Source: Actinomycetota bacterium
GTDB taxonomy: Bacteria > Actinomycetota > Thermoleophilia > Gaiellales > Gaiellaceae
Assembly: GCA_005885125.1 (NCBI GenBank)
Contig: VAXU01000026.1
Location: 1,532 to 65,531 of the forward strand
DNA length: 64,000 nucleotides
Direction: 5' to 3'
How positions within the stretch are numbered: the stretch's first letter is position 1; each line of letters begins with the position of its first letter. The notes under the pieces are model-generated. The model was not told where the DNA came from, ran no database searches, and was given only the letters and a program-made list of their open reading frames with translations. Of the stretch, positions 9,192-18,509 are shown piece after piece. The translations under genes and the position numbers were made by a program.

Positions 9192-9351
9192 CTCGCTGTC
9201 GGGATTGCGACGGTGATTCTGCGGCGCGGCCGCAGACGTCTCGCCGGTCTCTGAAAAGCGCGGCGGTAGCGAGCGAAAGCCTGAGCGGGCATTAGGCCCG
9301 CTCAGGCGTTTTCGCGCAGGCGGCTCGAGGAGGGAGCTGCAATGCGCCAGC

Positions 9352-10643
9352 TCATCGCAGCTGTTCCGCGATCTTCTCGGCAATCCCGAGCACTGTCAGG
9401 TGCGTGTTCGCACGTGGCACGGTCGGCATGATCGACGCGTCTGCGACGTACAGGTTCTCGACACCGCGCACGCGGGCGTCTCGCTCGACGACCGAACCGA
9501 GCGCGCAGCGAATCCTGCCGCGAGCGTCTTCCGGTCCAGTCCCTCCGGGTCGGAGAGAAGGCGATGGTCGATGTCCGGCGCGGCGGAGGGATCGGTCGAG
9601 CGGAGCCGGACCCGGCCGCGCGAAGCCGGTTGCATCACTGCGACGGTGAGGTGCGCACTGTCGCCGACTCGGCTCGTCACCGGAAGGATGTGGACGTCGA
9701 AGGCATCGTCCGCGCAGTGCTCCGTGCGCGCCTTGATCAGGCCGTGCGAGAAGGCGACTGGGGCGACGGCGGCAGTTCGCTCGCGTAGCTCGTCGGTAGC
9801 GTCGAACTCGAGCCAGGCCGTCCCGTGGTCGCTCATGTTCGCACCGACCTAGTCCATCGGTGAGGCCATGTCGATGCCGAGCGCGCGCAACTCTCGCTCG
9901 GGGCCGATCCCGCTCCGCATGAGAACGCAGGGCGAGCCGATCGCGCCCCCTGCGAGTACGATGCGCTCACCCTCCACGATGCCGTCGTTCGTTGCGACGG
10001 CGACGGCCCGGTCGCCGTCGAGCACCACGCGGTCGGCAAGCGCGTCGCCCATGATCGTCAGGTTCGCTCGCCGCCGCGCCGGATCGAGGTACGCAAACGC
10101 CGCATTCCACCGCACGCCCTCCGCGATGTTGAACGGCCCGGTGCCGACGCCGACTCCGGATGCGGGCTCGTTGACATCACCGAGGAAGGGGAGCCCCAGC
10201 TCGTCGGCGGCGTCGACGGTGGCTCCGAACCACGGCGAGAAGTCGTCGCGCGAGTAGACGACCGGTTGCGGCGCCATCGTCTCCTGCGCGCGCCGAATGA
10301 ACGGAGCCAGGTCGGCGGCGGTCCACCCGTCGCCCCACGCGTCGTAGTCGGCGGCGGGCGCCCAGACGAGGAAGCACGCATTGTGCGCCGAGCAGCCGCC
10401 GAGCACCTTTGCCCTGAGCGGCTGGTAGGGGCTCTCGTCGGCATGCCACTGATGGCTGTCGGGAATGTCGTCCGGATCGAGCAGCTCTGCCGGCCAGCGG
10501 CCGTCCGCATTTGGGCCGTAGTCGGGCCCGGCCTCGACTAGGCAGACCGTGCGCCCCTCGTCCTCGCTCAGCCGCGCGGCGAGCACGCATCCCGCCGAGC
10601 CGCCGCCGACCACGACCACGTCGTACCGCACGTGCGTAGCCAA
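9352..10643 (-). pseudogene. GMC-family (choline dehydrogenase-like) FAD oxidoreductase, disrupted
   Basis: N-terminal YDVVVVGGGSAGCVLAARLSED. In-frame TAG at 9849-9851 (..SPMD*VGANMSDH..). Frame change near 9508-9516. The canonical C-terminus VRGVENLYVADASIMPTVPRANTHLTVLGIAEKIAEQLR lies in another frame and ends at 9352. Confidence 0.75.
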
Positions 10644-10668
10644 TCACCCGGGTGGGTAGGCCGTACCT

Positions 10669-10881
10669 ATGGTCAATTCAGCTGAAAAGGCGAGGGACGT
10701 CGTCCACGCCGTCGAGCATCCCGTCGAGACCGCGAAGGCCCTAGAGCGCGAGGCGGAGGAAGGACGGAGCCCGCGAACTCCGTTGATCGCACTCACCGGG
10801 GTCACACTGTTCGTGAGCGTCATCTTCGTGATCGTGGTCACGATCGCCCTCGTCCTCTACTTCGTCTACGGCGGCAAGTAG
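10669..10881 (+). CDS. Small membrane protein, hypothetical
   Basis: 70-aa ORF with a hydrophilic N-terminal half and one clear C-terminal TM helix (LIALTGVTLFVSVIFVIVVTIALVLYFVY). Confidence 0.45.
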   Translation: MVNSAEKARDVVHAVEHPVETAKALEREAEEGRSPRTPLIALTGVTLFVSVIFVIVVTIALVLYFVYGGK

Positions 10882-10939
10882 GCACTTGAAGCTAAATAGC
10901 GGTCTATATTGGTTCCTTCCAACTCCGGGGAGGAGCCTC

Positions 10940-12196
10940 ATGGGTAGACGTGTGCTTGGAGTCGGGGCTTGCGCGTTCGTTCTTGCGAGCGTGTGGGCGG
11001 CAGCGGCTGGTGCTTCGTCGTTCTCGAACACGGTGCTTCGCGCGCCGTTCGTGTTGCCACCGGGTTTCTCGTCGAATCCCGCGAACCAGAGTGGTGACAG
11101 CGAACCCGCGATCACGTTCGGCGGGCCCGGCAACACGATGGCGGTCGACGGCCTGGGCTGGCTTCCGTTCGCCGTCAATCTCTGGAAGGGTCAGTTCGGT
11201 TCTACACCGTCGTTCTTCGGGCCCATGGACACGAGCCTGCCGATCACCGGGAAGGGACGTGTGAACCTCGGTGACGGCGACGCGGACACGAGCGACTGCA
11301 CGTCAACCGTGCTGGACACGGCCGGCGCCGATCGGCCGTGGATCACGCATCTCGGAACGACGGCGTGGGTTTCCTACCACGACTCGCAGAACAGCTCGAT
11401 CATTCGCACCTGGAAGTCGACGGACGACGGCGTCACCTGGAGGCCGAGCGGCGAGCCGCTGAACGGCCTCGGCGGCATCACGGGCGGCGCGACGTTCAAC
11501 AACATCCAGGGGCCGATCGTCGCCGATCCGACAACGGGAAACGTCTACGACGTCTTCGCGGCCGGCGAGCCGCAGACGAAGTGTTGCAGCGCCAACTACA
11601 ACAACGTCTACGTCGCGCGTTCGACGGACGGTGGAGCGCATTACACGGCGTCGCTCGTCTTCCACGCGGCACCGTTCACGGCGCTCAACAACATCTTTCC
11701 GTCGCTCGCCGTCGACCCCGTGACGGGCAAGCTCTACGCCGTCTGGTCTGACGGACACGGGATCTGGGAATCGACCTCGGGCGACCACGGCTCGACGTGG
11801 TCGATGGCGTTCAAGGTCTCGAATACTGCGACGTCGCTGATGCCGTGGGTTGCAGCCCGCGGCGGCAAGGTGGACATCGTCTACTACGGGACCACGGCCG
11901 CTTCGCAGGACGATCCGACAGCAATCTGGAACGTCTACGACTCGCAGATTCAGGGCGGGTCGCTGACCGTCAGCCAGGTGAGCAACGTGCCGAACCGCGT
12001 CGGTGCAGTCTGCACCAAGGGCACGGGATGTGTTGGCGGAAAGGACCGCGAGCTGCTCGATCTGTTCGAGGTGGCCGAGGATCCTGCAAGCGGCAAGGCC
12101 GCGATCATCTTCACCAACACCACTTTCGACACCTGGACGAGCCCGACGACCGGCCTGCACCAGCTGCCGGAGATCGTCCTCGCCTACGAGCAGTAG
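10940..12196 (+). CDS. Secreted BNR/Asp-box repeat (sialidase-like) protein
   Basis: ATG 10940 preceded by GGAGGAG. Signal peptide MGRRVLGVGACAFVLASVWAAAAGA. Asp-box repeats STDDGVTW, STDGGAHY, SGDHGSTW. Confidence 0.75.
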   Translation: MGRRVLGVGACAFVLASVWAAAAGASSFSNTVLRAPFVLPPGFSSNPANQSGDSEPAITFGGPGNTMAVDGLGWLPFAVNLWKGQFGSTPSFFGPMDTSLPITGKGRVNLGDGDADTSDCTSTVLDTAGADRPWITHLGTTAWVSYHDSQNSSIIRTWKSTDDGVTWRPSGEPLNGLGGITGGATFNNIQGPIVADPTTGNVYDVFAAGEPQTKCCSANYNNVYVARSTDGGAHYTASLVFHAAPFTALNNIFPSLAVDPVTGKLYAVWSDGHGIWESTSGDHGSTWSMAFKVSNTATSLMPWVAARGGKVDIVYYGTTAASQDDPTAIWNVYDSQIQGGSLTVSQVSNVPNRVGAVCTKGTGCVGGKDRELLDLFEVAEDPASGKAAIIFTNTTFDTWTSPTTGLHQLPEIVLAYEQ

Positions 12197-12210
12197 ATCG
12201 TCGTTCTGAG

Positions 12211-12246
12211 CTCGTGCGCCCGCTGCAACCGGAGCGGGCGCACGAG
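12211..12246. terminator. Hairpin CTCGTGCGCCCGCT-GCAACCGG-AGCGGGCGCACGAG
   Basis: Perfect 14-bp stem, 15 nt after the stop at 12196. The last stem base is the first base of the annotated lhr GTG. Confidence 0.5.
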
Positions 12247-15200
12247 TGACTAGGCTGGAGGGCGTGGATCCGCTCGCACCCTTCAGCCCGGAGACGCGAG
12301 CGTGGTTCGACCAGGCCTTCGCTGAGCCGACGCCTGCGCAACGGCTCGGCTGGCCCGCGATCGCCACCGGTGAGCACACGCTGATCCAGGCACCCACCGG
12401 CTCCGGAAAGACCCTCGCGGCGTTCCTCTACGGCATCGACAAGCTCAATTCCGAACCGCGCGCCGGCTTGCGGCTGATCTACGTCTCGCCGCTGAAGGCG
12501 CTCAACTACGACATCGAGCGAAACCTCCGTGGCCCGCTCGCAGGACTCCAGTCGCAACTTCGCGTCGCGGTGAGAACAGGCGACACGCCGCAGAAGGAGC
12601 GCGCAGCGATGCTGCGCGAGCCGCCGGACATCCTGATCACGACCCCGGAGTCGCTCTACCTCCTGCTCACCTCGCGCGCGCGCGAGAACCTGAAAGGCGT
12701 CCGCACGCTGATCCTCGACGAGGTGCACGCCGTTGCGGGCACCAAGCGGGGCGCGCATCTTGCGCTCTCCGTGGAGCGGCTCGAGCGGCTGGTGGACGAG
12801 CCGTTCCAGCGGATCGGCCTCTCGGCGACGCAGCGACCGCTCGAGGAGATCGGACGGTTCGTCTCCGGTGCGCGGCCCATTCGGCTCGTCGACGCAGGGA
12901 TCGCGAAGAAGCTCGACCTCCAGGTCGTCGTGCCGCTCGAGGACATGCGGGAGCTCCCCAGCACCGACGCGCTCTCGACGCCCGTGCTCAGCGACGGAGT
13001 CGAAATGGGCCCCGGAGTCGAGACGTCGAGCCAGTCGATCTGGCCGTCGATCTATCCGGCGATCCTTCGGCTCGTCGAGGAACACCGCTCGACGATCGTC
13101 TTCGTCAACAATCGCCGGCTTGCGGAACGCCTCGCCCTCCGATTGAACGAGCTGGCGGAGAAGGAAATCGCGCGCGCCCATCACGGCTCGATCGCCCGCG
13201 AGCAGCGGCTCGAGATCGAGGAGCTGCTGAAAGCCGGCGAGATCCCGTGCCTCGTCGCGACGTCGTCGCTCGAGCTCGGAATCGACATGGGCGCCGTCGA
13301 CCTCGTGATCCAGGTCGAGTCGCCGAAGTCGGTCGCGCGCGGGCTGCAGCGGATCGGCCGCGCGGGACACGAGCTGCACGCCACGTCGAAGGGACGGATC
13401 TTTCCGAAGTTCCGCGCCGATCTCCTCGAGTCCGCTGTCGTCGCCGAGCGGATGCAGCACGGCGCGATCGAGGAGACCGTGATCCCGCGCAATCCGCTCG
13501 ACGTGCTCGCGCAGCAGATCGTCGCCATCGCCGCTGACGAAGAGATTGCCGTTGCGGACCTGCATGACCTCGTGCGCGCCGCCTATCCGTTCGCCGACCT
13601 CTCGCGCACGCAGCTCGAGAACGTGCTCGACATGCTGGCGGGCCGGTATCCCTCCGACGAGTTCGCGGAGCTCCGGCCGCGCATCATCTGGGACCGCACG
13701 GCGGGCGTGATTCGCGGACGCAGCGGCGTGCGGCGCCTCGCGGTGACGAACGCCGGCACGATCCCCGACCGCGGGCTCTTCGGCGTGCACCTGATCGACG
13801 GCGGGGGCCGCGTGGGCGAGCTGGACGAGGAGATGGTCTACGAGGCGCGCGCGGGCCAGACGTTCCTGCTCGGCGCCTCGACCTGGCGGATCGAGGAGAT
13901 CACGCGCGACCGCGTGCTCGTGTCGCCCGCGCCGGGCGTGCCGGGCGCGGTGCCGTTCTGGAAGGGCGAGGGCGTCGGCCGTCCCTACGAGCTCGGCGAG
14001 GCGATCGGCCGTGCGTCGCGGGAGCTCGTGGCGCTGAGTCACAAGGCCGCGGTCAAGCGGCTTCAGGAGCAGCACATGCTCGACGAGCGCGCGGCCGAGA
14101 ACCTGATGACGTTCCTCGAGGAGCAGGCCGCTGCGACCGGCGCCGTTCCATCCGACCGCACGATCGTGGTCGAGCGCTTCCGCGACGAGATCGGCGACTG
14201 GCGGCTGTGCATCCTGACGCCGTTCGGCGCCCGCGTGCACGCGCCCTGGGCGCTTGCCCTGTCCGCGCGCCTGCGCGAATCGCTCGGGCTCGAGGTGCAG
14301 TCGATCTGGTCGGACGACGGGATCGCAATCCACCTTCCGGATGCGGATACGCCGCCGCCGACCGACGACATCGTGATCGCGCCCGACGAGCTGGAGGAGC
14401 TCGTTGTCCAGGAGGTGGGGCAGAGCGCGCTCTTCGGTGCACGCTTCCGCGAGAACGCGGCACGCGCGCTCCTGATCCCGCGTCGGCGTCCGGATCAGCG
14501 AACACCGTTGTGGCAGCAACGTCTGAAGGCCCAGGGCCTGCTGCAGGTCGCGCGCAAGTACGGCTCGTTTCCGATCATCCTCGAGACGTACCGCGAGTGC
14601 CTGCAGGACGTGTTCGACCTGCCCGCGCTGAAGCGCTTGCTGCAGGGCTTACGTACGCGCGAGCTGGATGTCGTCGACGTCGAGACCGCCTCCGCGTCGC
14701 CGTACTCCGCGTCGCTTCTCTTCGACTACATCGCCACCTACATGTACGAGGACGACACGCCTCCCGCCGAACGGCGGGCGCAGGCGCTGTCGCTCGACCG
14801 CGACCTCCTGCGCGAGCTGCTCGGGCAGGAGGAGCTGCGGGACCTGATCGATCCCGGCGCCTTGGAGGAGGTCGAGGCGCAGCTCCGCGGCGATCCGCGC
14901 ACGGTCGACCAGTTGCACGACAAGCTGCGGTTGCGCGGGGATCTGCGCGCGGGCGAATACGAGGCGCGTCTCGCCGAGCCGCTGCTCGCCGAGCGGCGCG
15001 CGCTGCTCGTCCGGTTTGCGGGAGAGGAGCGCCTGATCGCTGCCGAGGATGCGGGTCGCTACCGCGACGCGCTCGGCGCGATGCCGCCCGGCGGTCTGCC
15101 GGAGGTGTTCCTGGAAGGCGGCTCGGAGTCGCTGGAACAGCTCGTGCTTCGGTACGTGCGCGGCCGCGGCCCGTTCACGACCGCGGAAGCGAACGCGCGC

Positions 15201-16544
15201 TTCGGGATCGACGTCGAGCCTGTGCTCATCTCGCTGGAGCGCCGCGACAAGCTGTTGCGCGGCGAGCTCCGCCCGGGCGGGACGACGCGCGAGTGGTGCG
15301 AGCCGGACGTGCTGCGGAGACTGCGTCGCGCGTCGCTCGCCGCGCTGCGCAAGGAGGTCGAGCCGGCCGAGCAGGCCGCGCTTGGCCGGTTCCTCCCGAA
15401 CTGGCACGGAATCGACCGCCGCGCCACTTTGCGCGAGGCGCTCGTCCCGCTACAGGGTCTCGCGCTGCCCGTGACGCTCTGGGAGTCGGAGGTGCTGCCG
15501 CGGCGCGTGCCCGGCTACAACGCCGGACAGCTCGACCAGTTGTGCGCCTCCGGTGAGGTCGTCTGGGTCGGCGCGGGACTCGACCGGGTCGCGATCTTCT
15601 TCCGCGAGGACGCGCCGGTGCTCGGCCGTCCGCCAGCCACGGCGCCGCCCGAGGGCGACGCGCACGACCGCATCCGCGCAGCGCTCGGACAGAGCGCCGA
15701 GTTCTGGTACGACCTCGTCGCCGCGACCGAGCTCGAAGCGGCGGAGGCGCTTCCCGCCTTGTGGGATCTGGTCTGGGCCGGCGAGGTGACGAACGACGCC
15801 TGGACGCCGCTTCGGGCGGGGCGCCGGTACCAGACGGCCGCGCCGAAAACCCGTCCGCGGCGCTTCTCCCGCCAACGCTCTGCACAGGTCACTGCGACAC
15901 AGGGACGCTGGTCGCCGACGGAGCGGCTGTTCGCCGGCAAAACGGATCCGCGTGCGCTCGCAGAGCTGCTGCTCGAGCGGCAGGGAATCGTCACGCGCGA
16001 CAGCGTGCGCGGCGAAGGCATCCCCGGCGGTTACGGCGCCGTCTACGGACAGCTGCGCGCGCTCGAGACGCTCGGCGTCTGCCGTCGCGGGTACTTCGTC
16101 GAAGGGCTCGGCGGCGCCCAGTTCGCGTTACCGGGCGCGGTCGAACGGTTGCGCGAGCTGAGGCCGCGCGAAGGCGACGAGCCGGAGCCGCTGGTGCTCG
16201 CGGCTGCGGACCCGGCGCAGCCGTACGGCGCGTCGCTGCCCTGGCCGAAGCGCGCGGGTGCACGCGCCGCACGGGTGGCCGGCGCGCAGGTCGTGCTCCT
16301 GGGCGGCGAAGCGGCGCTGTTCGTCGAGCGCGGCGGTCGCTCGCTCGTTCCGTTGCGCGATCCGGAGGACGACTGGTTGCGGGTCGCGCTAGCCGCGCTC
16401 GTCGACTACGTCAAGCAGGGCGGTGCGAAACGACTGGCGGTCGAGCGCTTCGACGGTCAGCCCGTCGGCGAGACGGAGATCATGCCGTTGCTGCTCGAGG
16501 CCGGCTTCCTAGCCGGCCCGCGCCGCGCCGTGCTGCGTCCCTAG
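12246..16544 (+). CDS. lhr: Lhr-family ATP-dependent DNA helicase (large helicase-related protein)
   Basis: 1432 aa. FSPETRAWF...PTPAQ, Walker A APTGSGKTLAAF, DEVH box, and a long C-terminal extension typical of Lhr. An alternative GTG start is at 12264. Confidence 0.9.
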   Translation: MTRLEGVDPLAPFSPETRAWFDQAFAEPTPAQRLGWPAIATGEHTLIQAPTGSGKTLAAFLYGIDKLNSEPRAGLRLIYVSPLKALNYDIERNLRGPLAGLQSQLRVAVRTGDTPQKERAAMLREPPDILITTPESLYLLLTSRARENLKGVRTLILDEVHAVAGTKRGAHLALSVERLERLVDEPFQRIGLSATQRPLEEIGRFVSGARPIRLVDAGIAKKLDLQVVVPLEDMRELPSTDALSTPVLSDGVEMGPGVETSSQSIWPSIYPAILRLVEEHRSTIVFVNNRRLAERLALRLNELAEKEIARAHHGSIAREQRLEIEELLKAGEIPCLVATSSLELGIDMGAVDLVIQVESPKSVARGLQRIGRAGHELHATSKGRIFPKFRADLLESAVVAERMQHGAIEETVIPRNPLDVLAQQIVAIAADEEIAVADLHDLVRAAYPFADLSRTQLENVLDMLAGRYPSDEFAELRPRIIWDRTAGVIRGRSGVRRLAVTNAGTIPDRGLFGVHLIDGGGRVGELDEEMVYEARAGQTFLLGASTWRIEEITRDRVLVSPAPGVPGAVPFWKGEGVGRPYELGEAIGRASRELVALSHKAAVKRLQEQHMLDERAAENLMTFLEEQAAATGAVPSDRTIVVERFRDEIGDWRLCILTPFGARVHAPWALALSARLRESLGLEVQSIWSDDGIAIHLPDADTPPPTDDIVIAPDELEELVVQEVGQSALFGARFRENAARALLIPRRRPDQRTPLWQQRLKAQGLLQVARKYGSFPIILETYRECLQDVFDLPALKRLLQGLRTRELDVVDVETASASPYSASLLFDYIATYMYEDDTPPAERRAQALSLDRDLLRELLGQEELRDLIDPGALEEVEAQLRGDPRTVDQLHDKLRLRGDLRAGEYEARLAEPLLAERRALLVRFAGEERLIAAEDAGRYRDALGAMPPGGLPEVFLEGGSESLEQLVLRYVRGRGPFTTAEANARFGIDVEPVLISLERRDKLLRGELRPGGTTREWCEPDVLRRLRRASLAALRKEVEPAEQAALGRFLPNWHGIDRRATLREALVPLQGLALPVTLWESEVLPRRVPGYNAGQLDQLCASGEVVWVGAGLDRVAIFFREDAPVLGRPPATAPPEGDAHDRIRAALGQSAEFWYDLVAATELEAAEALPALWDLVWAGEVTNDAWTPLRAGRRYQTAAPKTRPRRFSRQRSAQVTATQGRWSPTERLFAGKTDPRALAELLLERQGIVTRDSVRGEGIPGGYGAVYGQLRALETLGVCRRGYFVEGLGGAQFALPGAVERLRELRPREGDEPEPLVLAAADPAQPYGASLPWPKRAGARAARVAGAQVVLLGGEAALFVERGGRSLVPLRDPEDDWLRVALAALVDYVKQGGAKRLAVERFDGQPVGETEIMPLLLEAGFLAGPRRAVLRP

Positions 16545-17819
16545 GTCGTCGCGCCGGCCCACTTCGACGTCGCGAAGGCGCGGGAAGAACGCGAGCGTGA
16601 GCGCGAGGATCGACGCGCTCGCGGCCCCGGCGCCGATCAGCGTCGTCCGGAGGCCGATCGCCGCCTCGACCGGCGCCGTCACGGCGTAGGAGAGTGGAAC
16701 GAGCGCGTACGACAGCAGCGCGTCGAAACTGGCGACGCGGCCTAGCACCTCACGCGGCACGAGTCGCTGCAGGAGCGTCGACCAGAGGACCTGGCCGGCC
16801 ACGAGCAGAGCGGTCCCGCCGAAGCTCGCGATCGCGACCTCCCACAAGGTGTCGGCCGTCGCGTAGCCGATGAGCTGCAGTGACATCAACGCCCACGCGA
16901 CGTACATCACGGTCACCGGTCGCCGTGGCAGGCCGCGGCCGCCGAGCGTCAGCGACATCGCGATCGCGCCGATTCCACCGGCCGCGAATACGAGCCCAAG
17001 GTCGCCTGCGGAACCACCGAGCACGTGCTTGACGACGAACGGGAGCAGGACGTACACCGGCCCGTAGAAGAACATCATCGCGAGCGACGAGCCGATCAGC
17101 GTCCCGAGCAGCCACGGCTGCGACCGCGCGAACGCGAGCCCTTCACCGACTTCCCGAACGATCGACGAGCGCACGCGCCGCTCGAGCTCGGCCGCGGCGC
17201 CGCGGCCGATCGCGACGAGCGCAGCGAGCGACGCGCCGAACGACGCCGCGTCGGCGACGAACGCCCAACCGACGCCGAGCTTCGCGATCAGCAGTCCTCC
17301 GAGCGCCGGCCCGAGGAAGCGCAGCATCAGCGGTCGCGAGACCTGGTTGAGGGCGTTCGCCTCGAGCAGACGGTCGCTCGGGACGAGCTCCGGCACGAGC
17401 GCCGTGATCGCCGGGACGAACATCGCCGTCCCGATCCCGTACAACGCGACGAGTGCCACGAGCTGCCACAGACGGAGCACGTCGGCCAGCGCGAGGGCGC
17501 CGATCATCGCGACGATGACCGCGCGCAGCACGTCCGCGCCCAGCATCACGCGCCACCGCTCGAACCGGTCCGAGACGACGCCGCCCAGAAGCACGAGCAC
17601 GAGCTGCGGCACCGTCGCCGACAGGCCGACGAGCGAGAGCGCGGTCGGCGCGCCCGAGAGCTCGTAGGCCGTCCACGCGATCGCGACCGTGTACATCCCG
17701 TCGCCGAGGAGCGAGATCGTCATCCCCGACCAGAGCAGCGCAAAGTTGCGCACGCGCAGCGGACGCAGGAGACGGAAGCCGCCCGCGGTCGCGAGCAACG
17801 ATCGGCGAGACGGCACCAC
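16509..17819 (-). CDS. MFS transporter
   Basis: 436 aa with about 12 hydrophobic segments and an N-terminal LLWSGMTISLLGDG motif. Its 3' end overlaps the lhr 3' end by 36 nt. Confidence 0.85.
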   Translation of the reverse strand: MVPSRRSLLATAGGFRLLRPLRVRNFALLWSGMTISLLGDGMYTVAIAWTAYELSGAPTALSLVGLSATVPQLVLVLLGGVVSDRFERWRVMLGADVLRAVIVAMIGALALADVLRLWQLVALVALYGIGTAMFVPAITALVPELVPSDRLLEANALNQVSRPLMLRFLGPALGGLLIAKLGVGWAFVADAASFGASLAALVAIGRGAAAELERRVRSSIVREVGEGLAFARSQPWLLGTLIGSSLAMMFFYGPVYVLLPFVVKHVLGGSAGDLGLVFAAGGIGAIAMSLTLGGRGLPRRPVTVMYVAWALMSLQLIGYATADTLWEVAIASFGGTALLVAGQVLWSTLLQRLVPREVLGRVASFDALLSYALVPLSYAVTAPVEAAIGLRTTLIGAGAASASILALTLAFFPRLRDVEVGRRDDLGTQHGAARAG

Positions 17820-17867
17820 CGGCGGGAGAGCCTAGATCGGCAGGCGATGCTTGTCTAGAGAGGAGGG

Positions 17868-18509
17868 CTAGTTGACGCCGACGTTGAAGCTCGGGTACCG
17901 CGGGGTCAGCAGCGCGATGTACGCGTAGGTTTGCGTCTCGTAACGGAGGGCAAACGCAGCGAAGTTCCTGATCCCTTCCGGCACGCGCGCCGTGAAGATC
18001 GCGATGAACCAGCTGAAGACGGCCAGGGCGCCCGACAGGTACCGCAGGATTTGCGTGATGATCATCGCCGGGATCGCGAGGATGATCCGGAACCCCACCG
18101 TCCAGCGGCTCTGGACATCGGGCGGATCGACCTCGAGGTCAACCGGATAGTCCTGCTTCAGGTTGATCAGGAAGAACCCCGGATACGGGTCGGCGATCAG
18201 GAACATATAGGCCGATACGTGCGTCGCGTAGCGGAGGTACCCCGCGATGAACGAGTGCAGGCCGGGAGGCGACTGACCTGCGAACAGCGTCGCGAACCAA
18301 TTCGCGAGTACCGCCAGGATCACGACGATCGACAGCAGGGCTTCCCAGAAGAAGTGCGGAATCCCGAGGAAGAGCCGGAAGAAGACCGTCGACCGCGTGC
18401 GCCGCAGGTCGTCCGTGACGCGAAGGCGGATCGGATGTTGCGCCGAGACCGACGCGGCGCCCGCTTCGCTCATAGGTCGATAGTAACCCGGCAGTACATT
18501 TGCCGCCAT
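17868..18509 (-). CDS. DUF4389-like membrane protein
   Basis: RLFLGIPHFFWEALL...ANWFATLFAGQSPPGLHSFIAGYLRY..YMFLIADPYPGF, and the pattern occurs twice. An alternative start is ATG 18473. Confidence 0.7.
   Translation of the reverse strand: MAANVLPGYYRPMSEAGAASVSAQHPIRLRVTDDLRRTRSTVFFRLFLGIPHFFWEALLSIVVILAVLANWFATLFAGQSPPGLHSFIAGYLRYATHVSAYMFLIADPYPGFFLINLKQDYPVDLEVDPPDVQSRWTVGFRIILAIPAMIITQILRYLSGALAVFSWFIAIFTARVPEGIRNFAAFALRYETQTYAYIALLTPRYPSFNVGVN

Noticed and set aside
9849-9851. The in-frame TAG in the GMC oxidoreductase as programmed recoding (pyrrolysine or read-through).
   Set aside because: The same gene carries an additional frameshift and deletion downstream. The neighbouring gene is also degraded. 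Nothing resembling pyl genes is seen. A nonsense mutation or base-call error is the simpler explanation.
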